Positions 13,575-24,712 of a stretch of 64,000 bases of DNA are shown here, one piece after another; the first letter of the stretch is position 1, and every line of letters starts with the position of its first letter. Origin of the DNA: Nemertoderma westbladi (lineage: Eukaryota > Animalia > Xenacoelomorpha); NCBI GenBank assembly GCA_032718475.1, contig JAUCBJ010001293.1, positions 3,432-67,431 on the forward strand, given 5' to 3'. The notes below the pieces were generated by a model. It had not been told where the DNA came from. It did not search any database and saw only the letters and a program-made list of their open reading frames with translations. Position numbers and translations under genes: made by a program.

Positions 13575-15121
13575 GAAATGTAAAAAGTTCTAAAATTATT
13601 TCTGTTGTTTCGTTAAAAATTAATTAATACAGTATAAAGGCTATAAAGTTTAAGATAAAGAAGCTGAAAATAATGTTACAGTTTATTTTCTTGTATTCTA
13701 TGATACATAAAGGATAATTACATTATTATAATTGCATTAAACATACTGTATAATATAGAACTTATGTCCATTAACTTTGTACGAATTATCTGCATTGCTA
13801 TTCCCACAGCAGAAGTTTCCAATAATGCGATTTCGTCGTTAAGGGGGGGTACACCATTTTCGGCCAACTCTTCGATTTATCACTCTCAGCGTTTCAAAAT
13901 TGTTTGATTTTGGCTAAAATTTGGCATATAGGTGCCTAAGATGCTATTCTACATGACAGGTCAGAAAATTTTTTTTTTTCGCTATTGAATATTAGTTAAT
14001 ACTAGTTAACAACAAAAAAAACTTGGTTGCGTTTAAAACCCTAAGGCTTTTACAGTTTTGAACCTAATCATATGAAAGTTTTTTTATATGATAGATCAAA
14101 GATGGGGCAACATAACTATCAGGCGAAATTTTGTTAAAATAATTCTGCACCGCTAGGTGGCGCTGCAAATTTATGCAAATTTTTAGGTTTTTTATAAATA
14201 GTATTAAATTTTATTAACAAAAAATTTCGAAAAGTTGCCTGATACTTTTATGCAGGGTGGCTATCTAGACACCCACAGAAAGTTTCAGACTAATTGCTCA
14301 AACATTGTAGAAGTAGTAGGGTTTTGAAGTCGAGAATTTCATAAAAAATTTTTTTGGAGATAATCGACCTTTCATTATATATAGTAATAGTAATTTCAAT
14401 AGGATTCCGTAAATGGAAATTTACATAACTTGAAAACTAAAAGAGCTATTAAATAGCGGTTTTCAGATATGGAAACACCATTCAATGGTGCATTACAATA
14501 GACCATAAAAAAAATTTCGACATATTTTGGACCAAAATGGTGTACCCCCCCCTTAAGGCTGTGACGGTGACCCTCCTGTGTATCAATACCGTTTTCATTT
14601 TCACCGCAATCCCACAGCGCCAGTTTAGTTTGTACTGTAGCTTAGTTTGGAGTTTTGATGCGTGGTATGTGTAGACATCTATAGGTATCTGGATCGTTCG
14701 TCAATAGTCTCTGTGTCTCTCCTTTGTATATTTTTTGCTAAATTCATCAATTATTCTAGAATCAACCTGCAATAAAAATAAAATGTTAGTTAGTTATTTT
14801 CATAATTGCAGGGCAGTGATGGCAAAATACAGCACGAGTACATGCAACTTTTAAAAGTTCATATCTCAGCAATTCCTCAAAGAAGTTCAGAGTTTGTTAC
14901 TGTACATATTGTAATTTGTGGAAGATAGGTGCCATACAGTATAGAGTTTGGTGTAAGTTGGATGCTGTTGTGTTGAAGTTGGGTGTAGTTGGTGAAAGTT
15001 GGGTGTAGTTGGGTGAAAGTTGGGTGAAAGTTGGGTGTAGTTGGGTGAAAGTTGGGTGTAGTTGGGTGTAGTTGGGTGTAGTTGGGTGAAAGTTGGGTGT
15101 AGTTGGGTGATTAGGCTGACC
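13575..15121 (-). repeat. Dispersed repeat copy B (inverted relative to 10373-11450), interrupted by a TTAA element
   Basis: Ends gttgggtgtagttgggtgattaggctgacc, the reverse complement of the start of copy A; colinear similarity throughout. Confidence 0.85.
13843..14552. mobile_element. 710-bp TTAA-specific MITE with GG termini (Kolobok-like)
   Basis: TTAA|gggggggtacaccattttcggcc ... ggaccaaaatggtgtacccccccc|TTAA. The empty site cagccTTAAcgacg is visible in copy A at ~10925. Confidence 0.9.
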
Positions 15122-15411
15122 CTCCCGCATCAGTACATACATATCATGCATATTACATAATTACAATGCAACATTATTTTAATGATCAAATTAATTATTC
15201 TAAGTATTATAAGCAGGGATCACATCAGTAGTTACTTTTTGCGGTAGTGGTATGACTTTGCGGTAGCCTTACTGCCTTAGCCAGTTAGCCTAGTTCATTC
15301 ATACCCATACCTGTGGTATTTTCGTAAGGAAAAATTAAGAGTACTGTAAACTGTAACCTATTATTTGAGTTAATAAGTTGAGTTAATGTTTATTGACTAA
15401 TTGTTTTGATT

Positions 15412-15720
15412 AGGTTCACTGTGTCAAGTACAATGCACACATCTCCAACCAGATGCTATATAACATGAGTTGATGTTGGAGGTGTCTCATTGGTTCCCCC
15501 AAGCTTGACACTAGAACAAAGCCGTCTCCGCTTTGCAGGACATTGCTTTCGCCGTGAGGACCAGCCAGTGCACCTCATGGAGTGAATATGCATGGTGGAC
15601 AGCCCATGACTTTCTTGAGACGCATCTTTCTTACTGTCTTAAAGGACACTGGCCTTGAAGATGCGGATGATCTAACAAATGTCATGGGTGATAAGGCTGT
15701 AAGGGAGTTGTGGAGGCGCA
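15412..15720 (+). pseudogene. 3' part of the same RTE-like LINE family
   Basis: Starts VHCVKYNAHISNQML, continuing the 11833-12320 and 57550-58020 fragments, then SRLRFAGHCFRREDQPV. Confidence 0.75.
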
Positions 15721-17092
15721 ATTTTGTCAACAAGCCGGCACAGCATTCTTAATAGGGCCTATATATATAATGCAGTTGCAATGCAGCATGCCGATTGTAG
15801 TAGTAGTTGGTTAGAAAAGCCTGCTTCTGTATGTATAAGCACATGCCCTATGTCTGTATGTGGTGATAGGGCTCCTTCAATTGGTAAAGTCAAAAGTGGC
15901 CGTTTATTGTTTTAGTTAGAAAAGCCTTCCTCTGTAACCTGTTCCTTTCCCCCAATTGGTTCATGTTTTATTATGTGAAGACCCCAACACGTTAATCAGT
16001 TAATCCCCTTTCATTATCAGGCCGTTTTAAAATACCATTCCTGTTGTATGAAAAAATTAGAAGAGGCTGAGAGGTGGTGGTGGTGGTAGCATCAACTTGT
16101 AGTATTTCTTTCTGATAGGGCTCCCATAGGCTTAGACGAAATCGTAGCGTAGCTTGTACTGTAGTTAGCCTTAGCAGCAGCTGCAGTTGGCAAACCTGGC
16201 GTTGCTACCAGTTTCCACCAAATATAATTTGTAATTAAATATTTGTTGGAGCATAATCCAATCTAGTCCTAAAGACTCTAAAGTCCTGGGTACATAAGGC
16301 TGTAAGGTTAGACATAACATGAATGTAAACTAAACAATTACAATACTAAAAGTAAAGTACAAAGTACCTAGAATGCTAGAATGTACCATTATATTCTAAG
16401 TACAGTACGCTGAAGATACATACAGTATACAGAGAGCTGCAAAGGTAACTTTCCATAACTTAATAGCTGTCTGGCTGTCTCTCATCTGTCATGATTCATG
16501 TACCTTTAAGTTTTTTCATTCTCAATGTCACGTCCAAAATTGGACTTAAAGTCCAATATTGGACTTTTGTAATAATTCAAAGCCTTATAAAAAAAGTTCC
16601 CCCTGGTGAATTTCAGGTCCCCCTGTTCAAAACTCTTATTTTTTGATATACTTTCGATTAAAAAAATAAAATCCCGCCCGATCCAATTACCCAAGGCCCT
16701 GGAACAATTGGCTGATTTGAAGTCCAATATTGGACTCGCAGAAGTCCAAATTTGGACTTGAACTGGAGTCGAAGTCCAATTTTGGACTCAAGTCCAATTT
16801 TTGACTTCTCACCGACTGACTGTATTATGGTACTGTGGTATTAGGCCTAATTACTGAATTAGGCCTGCCTGACTGGGTGATTCAGTGATTACCGGTACAG
16901 CATTAAGTCAGTGATTACATCATTAAGCTGTTAAGTTAGCATATTAAGTCTGTAAGTATATTACCGCTGACGGATACTTCACTGCTACCGTCTACCAGTC
17001 TACACCCGAATGTGGGCTGGGCATTCCCGTAAGTGGGCACCAACTTTTTAAAACTACTGTAATTTTTAAACTACCGTAGGCCTATAATACTT

Positions 17093-18462
17093 GGGTGCGG
17101 GTCTATTCGCCCCTCGACCTTTTCGCCCCAAGTCTGCAAGTCGATTCGCCCCACATTTTAGGGGCATATGGACCTGGCTGCCTGGGGCGAATAATAGACT
17201 TGGACAGTTGACTAATTCGCCCCACCTTCCAAGTCCATTCGCCCCAGATGATATTATTTAATGTTTTACTATTCTTTTTATGTACGGTACAATGATATTA
17301 TTAGAAAGTGCAGAAGTGCAGAAATACCAGATGATGACCAGAGGTTCACCATATCAATTTGTTTCACAGGTAGGCCTAATTCATTATGTATGCTTCTACT
17401 GTAGATTGGAGGTCCCGGGTTCGATTCAATATATTGAAGCTTAAAAGGAAATTAGACAGAAACAACATTTGCTTGATCCACCGTATCAATTTGTTTCACA
17501 TTATAAGCTCCTGAAAAAATATTCAAAAGTGTTTGTAACAAGATTTCCTGTAATTTATTGTAATAGATTGAAGGTCTTAAAAATATTGCGCGCAATCGAG
17601 GCGAGGGTCAAACTATTTGTAACAAGATTTCTACTGTAATTTATTGTAGGCCTAATAGATTGAAGGTCTAAAAAATATTACGCGTAATCGTTTTTTTTTT
17701 TTACTAATTACATGCCGGTCTTACCGGATGTGCACCACATGCGGGGTGATGATGATGATGAATGAATAAGATAATATTATATCATCAGATCATGCGTAGT
17801 TTAGCATTAGGCCTAACTATTTAATATATTTACATCATATGCAATACAATCACAATTAATTTAGTGAATAATGAGCCATATTATTTTGCGTAATTTTTTT
17901 TAGACCTTCAATCTATTACAATAAGTTACAGGAAATCTTGTTACAAATACTTATGAATAGTTTCTTATGAGCTTATAATGTCAGAATGTGAAACAAATTG
18001 ATACGGTGAATCAAGCAAATGTTGTTTCTGTCTACTTTTCTTTAAAGCTTCAATATATCGAATCACGTGCTGACGTGAATCACATGTCAGTCCACAGTAG
18101 TAACAGTTGTACTTTAACTCTCATAGGCAAAGGCAACTCTTGTGGCTCGGCAAGGGTTCGAACCCGGGACCGCCAATCTAGAAGCATACATAATGAATTA
18201 CATGTGAAACAAATTGATATGGTGAACCTCTGGTCATCATCTGGTACTTCTTCACTTTCTAATATCATTCATGTCATTCTACCTAAAAATAATATTAGTA
18301 AAACATTCAATAATATCATCCGGGGCGAATGGACTTGGAAGGTGGGGCGAATCAGTCATCTGTCCAAGTCGATTCGCCCCAGGTCCATATGCTCCTAAAA
18401 TGTGGGGCGAAACAACATTCGACTTCGGGTGAAAAGGTCGAGAGGCGAATTGACCCGCACTC
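17093..18462. mobile_element. Mutator/foldback-type element with ~550-600-bp TIR arms and perfect 9-bp TSD
   Basis: ATAATACTT|gggtgcgggtctattcgcccctcgacc ... ggtcgagaggcgaattgacccgcactc|ATAATACTT. Arms 17093-17690 and 17885-18462 are colinear. Confidence 0.9.
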
Positions 18463-18756
18463 ATAATACTTCAAATAATAGTGAACAAATAATTAAATAG
18501 GTTTTTTACTAAATCTGCGGACTACCGGCTGAAGCTGAACGGTAATTACCGGTAATATTTATTATAACAGTATTAAGTTGATATTATTAAATTTCTGTAT
18601 ATGGTAAATCTTTCAGAGGTAGGTACCACAAAATCGTCGTCTGAAAGTTCGACTGTTCGAGCGACGATTTTACTAACATTTTCTTACTGGCATTATTTAT
18701 TCATCAAACGCCTCTATCTGCAACTTTATTGAGTTCTCCCTCTGTACAAATTCGTC

Positions 18757-19727
18757 GGTCCGACGAATCTGTACAAAAAAAATACAAAATAGTACAATAT
18801 AGTACAAAAGAGAACAATACAGTGCAAAAATAGTACAAAAGAATGCAAAAATAGTACAAACGAGTGAGAAACGCATGCAAAAGCAAAACGTGTATACCAG
18901 TGTAATATACCGGTACACTACACTTCAGCACTTGTATACAAATATAATTAATTGTTAGCAAAAATGCAACGGCACCGAAACATGCGCCACGACAGTGTCA
19001 ATAACAGAATAACGGCCTTGGTTCTGTGGTAAAGGTACCGTATGAAATGATTGACAGAACTTTGATTCATGTAGATTTTGACTGGCATAGGCCTACAGTC
19101 TGACAGTAGAAGTAGGCAGGTAGGCTACTGTTCGTATAACTGTATAATAGACCTACAATATAATGCGAAACATACTATGTAGTTTGTAGATGTAAACTCG
19201 TATAACTGATGATTTAGGTCATAGTCTTAAAGTAGCCCATATACTGCTGTACTGCAGTACTGGGTAGACTGCATCACTGCATGATACGTCAGTACGTAGG
19301 CCTATAGACTACGTTATGTAGGCTATGTCCTATGTATGTATGCCTCTATCTACAGATCTAGCAACTTTATTGAGTTCTCCCTCACCAATTTTGCGGGCTT
19401 GGGAAGGTCGACAGTTTTTTGTGTTTTTCGAACACAAAAAGCTGCATTAAAACTCATAAGATTGTATTGTCTTGTCATGCTCTCTGTCTGCTAGATCAGA
19501 CCCCCGCTTAGTGCGTGGCTCGCCCCACAATGATTTTATTTTATTTTGCACATCATGTGCGCCCCACTACACGATTTGAACTACACTTGTATACACGTTT
19601 TGCAAGTGTTTCTCACTCGTTTGTAGTCTTTTGTACTATTTTTGCACTTTATTGTACTCTTTTGTACTATTTTGTACTATATCATTGTACTATTTTGTAT
19701 TGCTTTTTTGTACAGATTCGTCGGACC
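18757..19727. mobile_element. MITE/foldback element with ~170-bp arms rich in agtacaaaa repeats
   Basis: ggtccgacgaatctgtacaaaaaa (18757) vs ttttttgtacagattcgtcggacc (19727); inverted similarity of 18757-18925 with 19580-19727. Confidence 0.75.
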
Positions 19728-20700
19728 CTAATACTATGGTATAGGCATAGGGTAACCGGTGCCGGTACTTCTTTCTTTATTGCATTCTTTGTACTTGCGT
19801 CTTGGCAGTCTGCCAGTATAATAATACAACTGAATATATATTAATGATATTACAGTAGGTATTAAACCAATATCCCAATCCATCCCAGTCACTATCTACA
19901 AGACATCCCAATCATCAAATCGCCCAGTATTTCGCCAGTTTAGTGTAATGTGCCTCGAACCAGGTTATTTTTATTGGAAGCCCAGGAATGTCAACACTAG
20001 CACTATGAGACAATACTGCACAGCTGCAATACGAGTGCATTAAAATTCAGAAATTTAGCAATAAAACAAGGGAGTAATTCCCTTTTTCTCACATGCATCC
20101 CTCGTTAAACCGATTTAGAAATTGTGATTTTTAATTACAAATTTCACTGTAACATATTTAGGGAAAAAAAACGTTGCCGCCGTGACCTATTTTATAAATA
20201 TGCATGATCGGTTTACGTGTTGCATTGTTAAATAAAGTTTTCTTAATTGTTTGTCACCTTAATTTATAATACAAACAGAACAGTACAGAGAGAGTTTAAA
20301 TTATTTTATTACCGGTATTAAATATGTCTGTCTAAGTGTTATAGTCCTATGAAACGTTGATGTTATAGCCATAGCCTACTGTCAGACTGTTTTGAGGAGA
20401 TTATAATCCTACCATTATCCTGCTTGTTTGTTGATGACATACCTATCTAATTTATATTATCTTTTGGTTCACGGAAAGTTTTTTTTATTGTAGTACCTAT
20501 AGTCGGATCTTCTTTCATGTTTGTTAGCGATCAAAGGTCACCAATGGGTTTATGGTTGAATGCAACAACTGTATATATATATATCTGTTGAGTTGATAAT
20601 GGATTCAATTTCATCTCCAGCTCTAGTATAAAGTTATTTCCGCACATTATATCGATCTAACTCCTATCACTGCGTACCGGTACTAACGTCGGCCCTCGAG

Positions 20701-23700
20701 ATGTGTTCGACCCGGATGGAGACTGGACTTGTAGACGTCCACTGTGGTGATTGGGAGCGCGTCGAGTGGGTTGAGATCGTAGAACCCCGAACCCACCAGC
20801 ACATGTACGCGAACCTAACCAGCGGTGAGTGCGTCTGGGACGTACCTGCCGGTGTAGCGGTAAAACGTACCGATAACAACCAGTGGTGGGAGCTTTTCGA
20901 CCAGAAAACCTCGCGGTTTTATTACTACAACGCTGCCACTCAGAAAACCGTGTGGCATAGGCCGGTTCATTCCGATATAATCCCGTTGGCGAAGCTCCAG
21001 ACGTTAAAGCAAAACACGGAGGTGGGGTCTACAGCTCAGCTGCACCCTGCAGGGCCCGATACACCGGCGGTGGCCGCCGCCGCTAAGCCGCACCGCCCCC
21101 ATCACCGCGGGAAGCAGCACCGCTCGCGTCGCGTTGCTAGTCGACCCAAACCGGAGATGCGAACCATCGAGACGCAGACGGAAACATCGCCGCCTCGCGG
21201 TTCCGGACTGCCACTCCTTCCGGACGACTCCCGCGGAAACAACAACCTCCACCTCCTCAACTACCTGCGGCAGGCCAACGCGGCCGCCGCCGATGCCATC
21301 AGCTACGCGAGCGCCGAGAGTTACGACAGCGGGATCCCGGACGGCTCGACGGCCTACCCGACCGCGGTCTACCAACCGGTCTACGGGGGCCGTTACTCCG
21401 ACTCCGACCCAATCTACGCCGCTCTCAACCCATCCAGCGGAGGCGCGTCTAGTCGCTCGGCCAACTCGGATCCCGATAATATATACGCGGCGATGCGGAG
21501 CAATAGTTGCCACGATAACCGGAGGTCCTCGTCCACGGACTACCAGCGTCACCCTGCGGACCCTCGCAACCCGAGCGGCGACCACTACGGTCCCGCCACC
21601 TTCCATCCGCCGCCCACCAGCCACTACGGCCGGCCGCCGCCGCCCCACCATATCGTGTTCCAGAACGGCCGACACCCGCGGCCACAGAGTCGCCCCGTTG
21701 TCCGGGACGACAGCCAATCGGCGTACTCGACCGCGGACCCCCGGGTCTACCGACCCCAGCCGGATCCAATCTACTCGGCCCTGCCGCATCACGGCGCCGC
21801 CGCCACCGGCGCCACATACTCGCCGCACCTGCCGCCGCGCTGCAACAACGCCGCCGAGCGCCGCTCCAGTCTCCCTGACAACCGAATGGACGGCGATCCC
21901 CGGCACCGTCCGTCGATCTACTCTCCACGCGCCGCGCGAAAACGGTTCCCCGCTACGGTGGCGCACCATCGGGGTACCGAGACGAAGACGCCGCTGGACA
22001 TTGTGGCGCAGCCGCCGCCGCCCGCGGAGCCGCGTCACGGCGCACCGTCCCCGGCTCTGCCGCGGCGCGCCCCATTGGCGCAGTCGGCGCGGGTCTACCA
22101 GTCTCCGGGCTCCCTCCCCCCGGGCCCCCAGGCCCCCCTCCCCCAGGGGAGGCCCCCCTGGGTGCTCCAGGATCCCGTTAAACGATCCCCCGCCAGGAGC
22201 GACTCCTCGTCCCTCGGGAGCTCCCACATCGGGAGTCCCGAGACCAACTCGTTGGTGAACCACTCCGACTCAACCTGTCGCCCCCAGCAGCCTGTCGACC
22301 AGTTCATGGTGGACCAGTTGTGCGAGCGATTCCGATCCAACGACCTGCCGTCGACGCTGTCCGGAGTGGATCAGAGGCGGCGGACTCCGGAGTCGAGCGA
22401 AGGGGAGGAAGTCCGGAGGAGTCGGGAGGTCGGGGTTGGGAGGAGTCGGGAGGAAGAAGGAGTGGTCGAAGGGAGCAGAAGGAGGAACGGGGAGGACCTC
22501 GGTTCCACCGACAGGGAGAGTTCCAGTAGCGACGAAGAGGAACTGGTGGAACAGCGTAAAGGAACGGAGGAACCGATGGAGAAGCGACGAGCGGCATCGT
22601 TGCAGGGCGGGTCGACCCGACCAATGTCGGTCATTATGGCCAGCCAATCGGAGGGCGACTTCCCGGGGTCCAATCGGATCTGCGTAAATAAATCCAACAG
22701 TTTGGTGGATCCGCGTCGATCCTCGGCCGGATCCCGAGTCGCCGACACCCCGGTGCAGCTCTCGCTGTGCGAGTTCGCGAGCGAGTTGAGTAAACCCGCG
22801 GCGGCTAGTAAGAGTCGGTTTGCTAAGAAGAAAGTCGCCGTGGAATCGAACCCGTTGAGTTGGAGTAAAGAACATCTGAAACGGCCGCTGTTGGATCCAA
22901 CGGATAAAGTTTATAAACGCGACGCTTTGGATTCCTTTAAGTTGATACAAAGTTACATGGGGGACAAAGCGAGTAAGTTGGATCAGGACGAGGTCTGTTT
23001 GAATCTCACGGTTAAAGGCTGGTCGACTCCGTCGCTGCGAGACGAGATTTACTTACAGCTGTGCAAACAGACGACGCACAACCCCCGTCCGGTGAGCTGC
23101 CAGTACGGCTGGGAGCTGCTCGCGGTCTGTCTCGCCTTCTTCCCGCCGCAGCCCAAGTTCCACGCCTATCTGGAGGCGCACATCGCGCAGCGGGCGTGCG
23201 GCGACGCGGGGGGGCCCCACGAGCGGCGGTACGCCGACCACTGTCTGCGACAACTCGCGCGGATCAGGCAGTCAGGCGGCGCAGGTAAGGCGTTGCGGCG
23301 GCCCAACGTGGAGGAGATCGGCGTCGCGAGGAACTCCGTCTTCCATCCATCGATGTTCGGGAACTCGCTGTCGGAGACGTTGGCGCTGCAACGGGAGCGC
23401 TTCCCGTTGCGTCGACTCCCCTGGGTGCAGACGGCCCTGTCCGCCGAGGTACTCAGACTGAACGGCGCCCAGACCGAGGGGATATTCCGGGTCTCCGGCG
23501 ACATCGACGAGGTCAACGTGCTGAAACAGCGTTGCGACCGGTGGGACGTAGCGGGTACCTGCGACGACCCCCACGTTCCCTGCAGCCTCCTTAAACTCTG
23601 GTACCGCGAGTTATTCGAACCTCTGATTCCCCCCTCCTTCTATGACCAGTGTCTCGAACAGTTCGAATCTCCTACCCAAGCCGTCGGTATCGTTCACACC

Positions 23701-23946
23701 CTCCCCGATATCAATAGAATTGTTCTCGCCTATCTCATCAACTTCCTTCAGGTCTTCGTTCGCCCCGAGAATGTAATTCATACCAAGATGGATGTTAATA
23801 ACATCTCCATGGTGATGGCGCCAAACTGCTTGCGTTGCGATTCTACAGACCCGAAGGTTATATTCGAGAACACGAGGAAGGAAATGGCCTTTATTAAAAC
23901 CCTAATTATCCACCTCGATACTCGATTTATCGAGGACATCATCTGA
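20701..23946 (+). CDS. ARHGAP39: Rho GTPase-activating protein 39 (Vilse/CrGAP) ortholog: two WW domains, low-complexity linker, MyTH4, RhoGAP; single-exon ORF of 1081 aa
   Basis: EWVEIVEPRT..MYANLTSGECVWDVP, QWWELFDQKTSRFYYYNAATQKTVWHRP, DIIPLAKLQTLKQNTE; MyTH4 LRDEIYLQLCKQTT..GWELLAVCLAFFPP; RhoGAP EGIFRVSGD (arginine finger), LLKLWYREL, TKMDVNNISMVMAPN. Start could be M1 (20701) or M6 (20716). Confidence 0.97.
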   Translation: MCSTRMETGLVDVHCGDWERVEWVEIVEPRTHQHMYANLTSGECVWDVPAGVAVKRTDNNQWWELFDQKTSRFYYYNAATQKTVWHRPVHSDIIPLAKLQTLKQNTEVGSTAQLHPAGPDTPAVAAAAKPHRPHHRGKQHRSRRVASRPKPEMRTIETQTETSPPRGSGLPLLPDDSRGNNNLHLLNYLRQANAAAADAISYASAESYDSGIPDGSTAYPTAVYQPVYGGRYSDSDPIYAALNPSSGGASSRSANSDPDNIYAAMRSNSCHDNRRSSSTDYQRHPADPRNPSGDHYGPATFHPPPTSHYGRPPPPHHIVFQNGRHPRPQSRPVVRDDSQSAYSTADPRVYRPQPDPIYSALPHHGAAATGATYSPHLPPRCNNAAERRSSLPDNRMDGDPRHRPSIYSPRAARKRFPATVAHHRGTETKTPLDIVAQPPPPAEPRHGAPSPALPRRAPLAQSARVYQSPGSLPPGPQAPLPQGRPPWVLQDPVKRSPARSDSSSLGSSHIGSPETNSLVNHSDSTCRPQQPVDQFMVDQLCERFRSNDLPSTLSGVDQRRRTPESSEGEEVRRSREVGVGRSREEEGVVEGSRRRNGEDLGSTDRESSSSDEEELVEQRKGTEEPMEKRRAASLQGGSTRPMSVIMASQSEGDFPGSNRICVNKSNSLVDPRRSSAGSRVADTPVQLSLCEFASELSKPAAASKSRFAKKKVAVESNPLSWSKEHLKRPLLDPTDKVYKRDALDSFKLIQSYMGDKASKLDQDEVCLNLTVKGWSTPSLRDEIYLQLCKQTTHNPRPVSCQYGWELLAVCLAFFPPQPKFHAYLEAHIAQRACGDAGGPHERRYADHCLRQLARIRQSGGAGKALRRPNVEEIGVARNSVFHPSMFGNSLSETLALQRERFPLRRLPWVQTALSAEVLRLNGAQTEGIFRVSGDIDEVNVLKQRCDRWDVAGTCDDPHVPCSLLKLWYRELFEPLIPPSFYDQCLEQFESPTQAVGIVHTLPDINRIVLAYLINFLQVFVRPENVIHTKMDVNNISMVMAPNCLRCDSTDPKVIFENTRKEMAFIKTLIIHLDTRFIEDII

Positions 23947-24534
23947 TATAGTCGATTATATTATCTCAAGTTTTTGTCTGTCGTGCTATAAATAGTAACA
24001 ATCACTCAGCAGCACAGCTGTAGGGATTCCCCGGATATTCCGCTGAAATCCGCCCAATTTAATACTTAACCCTATTTTATTTAATTTTCATAACTTTATC
24101 AAATAATACAATATTACGCAGATACACATTGCCACATCCTCGATATAATAAATGTATGAATTACCGGGTTGAAATTAGACTTTAACATTTTATTTTATCA
24201 ACCGAGTTTCAATCTATAATATCTACTGTATCAGTTCTTAGTGTTTTTATTCCGGCGACCGACGAATTATCCCGGATATCCGAAAAACCTCTACCGACGC
24301 TTCGCAACTCACATTGTAGCAGATTTTTTTTAATTTTTATTGGTATTATTATTATTATATTATATATATTTAAAGTTAATCAAATATTATTAATTACAAT
24401 TATAATATTGGCACTTAATCAACCACTTAGTGAGATAAACAGCAAATAAGTTGAATTTAATTAGCAATAACTCGTCGATGTCGGAATGTATTTTAATTAG
24501 TTCCGTTTGTTTTTAATTGTAGCAGTTTAAATGT

Positions 24535-24712
24535 GCTCTAACGTTTTTGTTTTTGCTCTAACGTTTTTGTTTTTGCTCTAAAGCTCTAACGTTTTTGTTT
24601 TTGCTCTAATGTTTTTGTTTTTGCTCTAAAGCTCTAACGTTTTTGTTTTTGCTCTAACGTTTTTGTTTTTGCTCTAACGTTTTTGTTTTTGCTCTAACGT
24701 TTTTGTTTTTTT
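24535..24712. repeat. 20-bp tandem repeat (gctctaacgtttttgttttt)n, ~8 copies, in the probable ARHGAP39 3' UTR
   Basis: Direct periodicity; UTR status is inferred from position only. Confidence 0.9.

Larger units (their letters stand above)
10208..16822. mobile_element. Tc1/mariner (pogo/Tigger-like CAGT-end) non-autonomous element with TA TSD, inflated to 6.6 kb by nested insertions
   Basis: TA|ctgtcagtcagtgagaagtcaaaaattggactt ... tccaatttttgacttctcaccgactgactg|TA. Subterminal ttggactt/aagtccaa repeats occur at both ends. Confidence 0.75.

Noticed and set aside
18140-18175. tRNA B-box-like ggttcgaacccggga (also at 17412-17427)
   Set aside because: No cloverleaf; at most a SINE remnant inside the MULE arms.
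21004-23574. Antisense and alternative-frame ORFs (419 aa, 374 aa, 226 aa and others) over ARHGAP39
   Set aside because: Expected shadow ORFs of a GC-rich coding sequence; no recognisable motifs.
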